Origin: Candidatus Poribacteria bacterium | GTDB lineage: Bacteria > Poribacteria > WGA-4E > PCPOR2b | Direction: 5' to 3' | NCBI GenBank assembly: GCA_965208325.1 | Contig: OZ242326.1 | Location: 2,464,001-2,528,000, forward strand | DNA length: 64,000 nucleotides | Part shown: positions 60,136 through 64,000 of the stretch, piece by piece | Layout: every line of letters starts with the position of its first letter | Position numbering within the stretch: the first letter of the stretch is position 1 | The notes under the pieces: generated by a model | Databases searched by the model: none | Told to the model about the DNA's origin: nothing | Seen by the model: only the letters and a program-made list of their open reading frames with translations | Position numbers and translations under genes: made by a program

Positions 60136-61176
60136 ATGTTGAGTCTTGAATTCTGCATTGCATGTGTAATGCTTATTTCCCTGATTATCTATATGTTGAC
60201 AGGTGGTGCTGATTTTGGCGGTGGCATCTGGGATCTGTTTGCAACAGGTCGCCGTGCGAACGCACAGCGCTCGCTTATCGCACACGCAATTGGACCCATC
60301 TGGGAAGCGAACCATGTCTGGTTGATTGTGATTGTCGTTCTACTTTTCGTGGCGTTTCCTGTTGCATTCGCTGCAATTAGTACGGCTTTACATATTCCAT
60401 TGACATTTATGCTCATCGGTATTGTGCTTCGCGGCACGGCGTTTGTGTTTCGCACCTATGATGTTCAATCGGAAGTAATACACCGCCGTTGGAGCCGAGT
60501 ATTCGCTGTTGCAAGTGTTATTACGCCTGTGATGTTAGGGGTTACGTTGGGCGCGGTCGCGTCCGGCACGATACACGTTGACGTGGAGAGTGGACAGGTG
60601 GACACAGATTTCATCTCGGCATGGTTTGCGCCGTTTCCGTTTTCAAACGGGTTCTTTACCTTGACGCTTTGTGCGTTGCTTGCGGCGGTGTATCTCACCC
60701 TTGAGACTGAGGACACAGAATTGCAGGAGGATTTTCGGCGACGTGCTCTCATCTCGGCAGTGAGTGTCGGTGCGATGGCAGGACTGAGTTTTATCTTGTC
60801 TGCGGAGGGTGCGCCGGCAATTCGACGCGGACTCGGTAGCGCGTCTTGGTCGATCCCGTTTCATATTTTAACGGGCGCGATGGCACTGTGGGCGATCTGG
60901 ACAATTTGGAAGCGCCAGTTTCGCCTCGCGCGTATCCTCGTTCCGATACAGGTTACGCTCATCGTTTTCGGTTGGGGGCTGGCACAGTATCCGTATCTTG
61001 TCACACCGGACTTAACCTTTTCAAATACGGCTGCACCGGATACAGTGTTGCGTCCGTTGTTGATTGTACTGATTGCGGGGGGTGTGCTGTTGGTGCCTGC
61101 TTTCTGGTATCTTTACGCTGTGTTTAAGGGTGCATCTCGGCAGGCGGGGCAAACCAAAGAAGAGAATGGTCCTTAA
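60136..61176 (+). CDS. cydB: Cytochrome bd ubiquinol oxidase subunit II
   Basis: GGADFGGG, IGPIWEANHVWL, LRGTAF, QYPYL. Confidence 0.93.
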   Translation: MLSLEFCIACVMLISLIIYMLTGGADFGGGIWDLFATGRRANAQRSLIAHAIGPIWEANHVWLIVIVVLLFVAFPVAFAAISTALHIPLTFMLIGIVLRGTAFVFRTYDVQSEVIHRRWSRVFAVASVITPVMLGVTLGAVASGTIHVDVESGQVDTDFISAWFAPFPFSNGFFTLTLCALLAAVYLTLETEDTELQEDFRRRALISAVSVGAMAGLSFILSAEGAPAIRRGLGSASWSIPFHILTGAMALWAIWTIWKRQFRLARILVPIQVTLIVFGWGLAQYPYLVTPDLTFSNTAAPDTVLRPLLIVLIAGGVLLVPAFWYLYAVFKGASRQAGQTKEENGP

Positions 61177-61273
61177 CGTGAATGGGCTGAAAACGCCATT
61201 CCGATTCCACTCGGCATCGGTTAAATAACGAAAGTAAGAACTTGGGCAACCGACTCCGTTAGAATGTTAAACT

Positions 61274-62329
61274 TTAACTTATCGAAAAAACGCTCACCCG
61301 ACCCGACTCGTCACCAACGGCAATAAACTGGTCATTCGGTGACCATACAAGGCTTGTGATTCCCGCTGTCAGCGCCGCTTCGTGAACCGGCCGAGAACGG
61401 AGTCTGCCTCGCAATTGCCAGACGAAGACCCGACCGTCGGCGCCGCCCGAAGCCAACAGTTTTCCGTGATGTTGAAAACGCACAACGTTGAGAAAATCCT
61501 GGTGCCCGGAGAGCGTAATGGGTTTGGTACCGGCGGGCCCGCGGCCGGAACAATCCCACACCGAAATCTCCTCACCGCCTCCCGTCGCCAAGTATCGACT
61601 CGCGGCATCCCACGAGAGTTCTCGCACTTTTGTCGGATAGCCAGACATTTGCAGGTCGCCACCGGTAGACACGATCCAGAAATGTACGGTCGAATCTTGA
61701 TCTCCGGTTGCGATGTATTTGCCGTCGGGGCTCCACGCAATCACCAGTGATGAGCCTATCCATTCCAATCGGCGGACGGCGTCCGGCTGTTGCGGGTCCC
61801 ACAGCGTGACGCCGCCGTAGGCTATCGAGGCGAGTTGCTTGACATGCGGTTTCCACTGGAGTCCAGAAATTGTGCTGTGACCGTCGCGGTATTCGCGAAC
61901 AAGATCGCCGGCAGCGTTCCAGAGTTTCAGCTTACGGCCGGCGGCAGAGGCGAGCATCGGTTTTTTGCCGCCACTCCAAGCCAGGTGCTCGACCCATGCT
62001 GCGCCCCCGTCAAGCGAATGGACGGCTTCGCCAGTTGTCATATCCCACAACCGAATTTTCCCATCTTGTCCCGCGCTTGCAAGCACCTTGCTGTCCGGAC
62101 GCCACGCGATTGACATTGTGCCGAATTCATGCCCTTTGAAAGCATGGATAACGGCTCGACGACGACCTTCAAAAATTGTCACCGGACCGAGAACCGACGC
62201 GGCAGCGATGTATCTCCCATCCGGTGACCACGCCAGGTCAATGACATGGTCGCTGATGGTTGCGGTCCAATTTTCGCGCAGTTGAAGCGGCTGGACAAAG
62301 CGGTTACTTAGGCTGTTCAAGCGAGACAT
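61274..62329 (-). CDS. WD40-repeat protein co-transcribed with COG0523 GTPase
   Basis: About 7 WD repeats (AWSPDG, GQDGKIRLWD); overlaps the upstream GTPase gene. Confidence 0.9.
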   Translation of the reverse strand: MSRLNSLSNRFVQPLQLRENWTATISDHVIDLAWSPDGRYIAAASVLGPVTIFEGRRRAVIHAFKGHEFGTMSIAWRPDSKVLASAGQDGKIRLWDMTTGEAVHSLDGGAAWVEHLAWSGGKKPMLASAAGRKLKLWNAAGDLVREYRDGHSTISGLQWKPHVKQLASIAYGGVTLWDPQQPDAVRRLEWIGSSLVIAWSPDGKYIATGDQDSTVHFWIVSTGGDLQMSGYPTKVRELSWDAASRYLATGGGEEISVWDCSGRGPAGTKPITLSGHQDFLNVVRFQHHGKLLASGGADGRVFVWQLRGRLRSRPVHEAALTAGITSLVWSPNDQFIAVGDESGRVSVFSIS

Positions 62330-63657
62330 GCTTCAAACCCTTCAGTCAATTCTGCCCGGTCGAGGTTGCGCCCGATGAAGATGAGGCTATTGTTGCGCGG
62401 TTCACTGCCCCACGGGCGGTCCGGGCGGCCGTCGAAGAGCATATGAACGCCTTGGAAGACGAATCGGTTTGGCTGACCCTTTATGCTCAGAATACCTTTC
62501 ATGCGGAAGATGTCGAGGCCTTTAGTCTGAAGCAGATCGCCAATCCAACCGTTCAGCCGGTCGGAGTCGAGGTCGCCGGGGATTGTTATGCCGACCGATG
62601 TGACTTCGTCATCATGTTCGTGATCCGGCTTAAATTCGCGTTCAACAACCGGCTTGACATGGTCTCCGCCGCCAAAGAGTTGCGCTTGAAATTCGTCGGG
62701 GTGATGCTCGGTAAACAGCGCGTAAGCGCCGGGGCGGTCGACCTGCACGTCAAAGCGTAATTCGTCCGCCGTGAGATTCAACGCAATGAGCCGTCCACTC
62801 GGTTGAAGGGCGCTACCCGCCCAAAGTTCACGCTCATCGTCGGAGAAAACCATAACGACTGGCTCAACCGCGCCCTCCAAAGCTGCATCGGTTGACTCAC
62901 TTACGGGAATCAATGCGACTTTCATCGTCGGGTCAGGGCCTTCTTGGAGAACCAGTTCATACGTACCAGCCGAAAGGTAATAGACCCCAGCCCATTCGAA
63001 GGGATACTCCGGTTCCATAAACTGTGGGTCCACCTCCATCGCCCGGTCGAGATCGAATCCGCCGACATTGAGAATCTTGTCCATCTCAACCACGGCATTT
63101 TTCGTTCGATAAATCTTCGCCGCAGCGTTCATGCTGCGAATTCTGGCTTCCAGTTGCTCTAACTCCCCCGCGGTCACAAGGTCAATCTTGTTCAACAAAA
63201 TAACATCGGCAAAGGCAATCTGTTCACGCGCTTCGCCGCTGTCATCAATGTGCTGCCAGATGTGCTTGGCATCAACCACCGTCGTGACGGAATCCAGTTG
63301 CAGTTTGTCCTGCATTTCGGCATCCATGAAAAACGTTTGAGCAACTGGCCCGGGATCCGCTAGCCCTGTGGTTTCGACCATGATGTAGTCAAACTTATCG
63401 CGGCGCTTCATCAGATTCCCCAAAATACGGATGAGATCGCCGCGCACCGTGCAGCAGATGCAGCCATTGTTCATCTCGAAAATCTCTTCTTCGGCGCCGA
63501 TGACCAAATCATTATCGACGCCGACCTCGCCAAACTCGTTTTCGATGACGGCGATACGTTTGCCATGGTTTTCGGTGAGAATTCGGTTGAGAAGCGTGGT
63601 TTTACCAGACCCCAAAAAGCCCGTTAACACGGTGACAGGGACTTGATTGTTTAGCAT
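62317..63657 (-). CDS. COG0523/CobW-family metallochaperone GTPase
   Basis: GFLGSGKTT, ENEFG, GCICCT, ETTGLADP, NKID, HEHD, RMKG, FQGVH. Confidence 0.93.
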   Translation of the reverse strand: MLNNQVPVTVLTGFLGSGKTTLLNRILTENHGKRIAVIENEFGEVGVDNDLVIGAEEEIFEMNNGCICCTVRGDLIRILGNLMKRRDKFDYIMVETTGLADPGPVAQTFFMDAEMQDKLQLDSVTTVVDAKHIWQHIDDSGEAREQIAFADVILLNKIDLVTAGELEQLEARIRSMNAAAKIYRTKNAVVEMDKILNVGGFDLDRAMEVDPQFMEPEYPFEWAGVYYLSAGTYELVLQEGPDPTMKVALIPVSESTDAALEGAVEPVVMVFSDDERELWAGSALQPSGRLIALNLTADELRFDVQVDRPGAYALFTEHHPDEFQAQLFGGGDHVKPVVEREFKPDHEHDDEVTSVGITIPGDLDSDRLNGWIGDLLQTKGLDIFRMKGILSIKGQPNRFVFQGVHMLFDGRPDRPWGSEPRNNSLIFIGRNLDRAELTEGFEACLA

Positions 63658-63688
63658 GGCTGAGTTTACCTTTCTCTCCTTGTTGAGT

Positions 63689-63949
63689 TTAGCCGGCGGT
63701 TAAGCTAACGATGTCCGTCTGCTTCACCTCCGCCAGCGGTTTGTGAATCTTGTATTGCCGGGGCTTACCGGGCGTCTCCATGATTGCAATGACCGTTTCA
63801 ATAGGCGGGCAGCCTTCCTCGGTGCATTGCAACTGAGTAACCATCACGGAGACGTCTTCCGATAGGTCAAAGGCTTGGGAGATCCAAGATTTGACTTGGA
63901 CGAATTGCCGCGGGTCACTCTCTTTTTGCGTATTGAAAAAATTCTGCAC
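63689..63949 (-). CDS. Small conserved-looking protein upstream of COG0523 gene
   Basis: C.EEGCPPIETVIA...KIHKPL pattern; GGAGG RBS. Confidence 0.6.
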   Translation of the reverse strand: MQNFFNTQKESDPRQFVQVKSWISQAFDLSEDVSVMVTQLQCTEEGCPPIETVIAIMETPGKPRQYKIHKPLAEVKQTDIVSLTAG

Positions 63950-64000
63950 GGTTGTATTGCCTCCTTTCCAAGCATATGATGCTGTTTTAATACCTGAAAT

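Overview
Bacterial chromosomal window using the standard genetic code. The secreted WD40 protein, two PhyH dioxygenases and dense GTAG-type REP repeats suggest a Ca. Poribacteria-like genome, but that is inference only. The left accessory region (~1-14.6 kb) holds a phage terminase C-terminus, an IS4/IS50-type element, a type ISP/IIG-like RM enzyme, a 6.3-kb SIR2 + STAND ATPase + Nmad2 cassette bounded by a duplicated 3' end of the RM gene, and DUF2806- and DUF932-like genes. The core region (~14.6-47.8 kb) has hisD, a motif-degenerate EF-Tu paralogue, SpoIVB-like S55 peptidase + beta-propeller, minCDE, larA, tandem Ldh_2 dehydrogenases, mobA and hisI-trpE-trpG. That last operon is preceded by an unannotated His+Trp leader-peptide attenuator. 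The right accessory region (~48-57.5 kb) has a type II RM pair, an IS3, a second IS4 copy and an Nmad3 fusion gene, followed by phyH-cydAB (again flanked by a duplicated gene 3' end) and a COG0523/WD40 operon. Strongest findings: the dual His/Trp attenuator; the split SIR2/STAND + Nmad2 candidate defence cassette; two IS4 copies that share an in-frame TGA with a downstream hairpin and both sit in the same REP palindrome; and the EF-Tu paralogue. No rRNA, tRNA or CRISPR array was recognised. All family assignments come from motif recognition by eye, not database searches.
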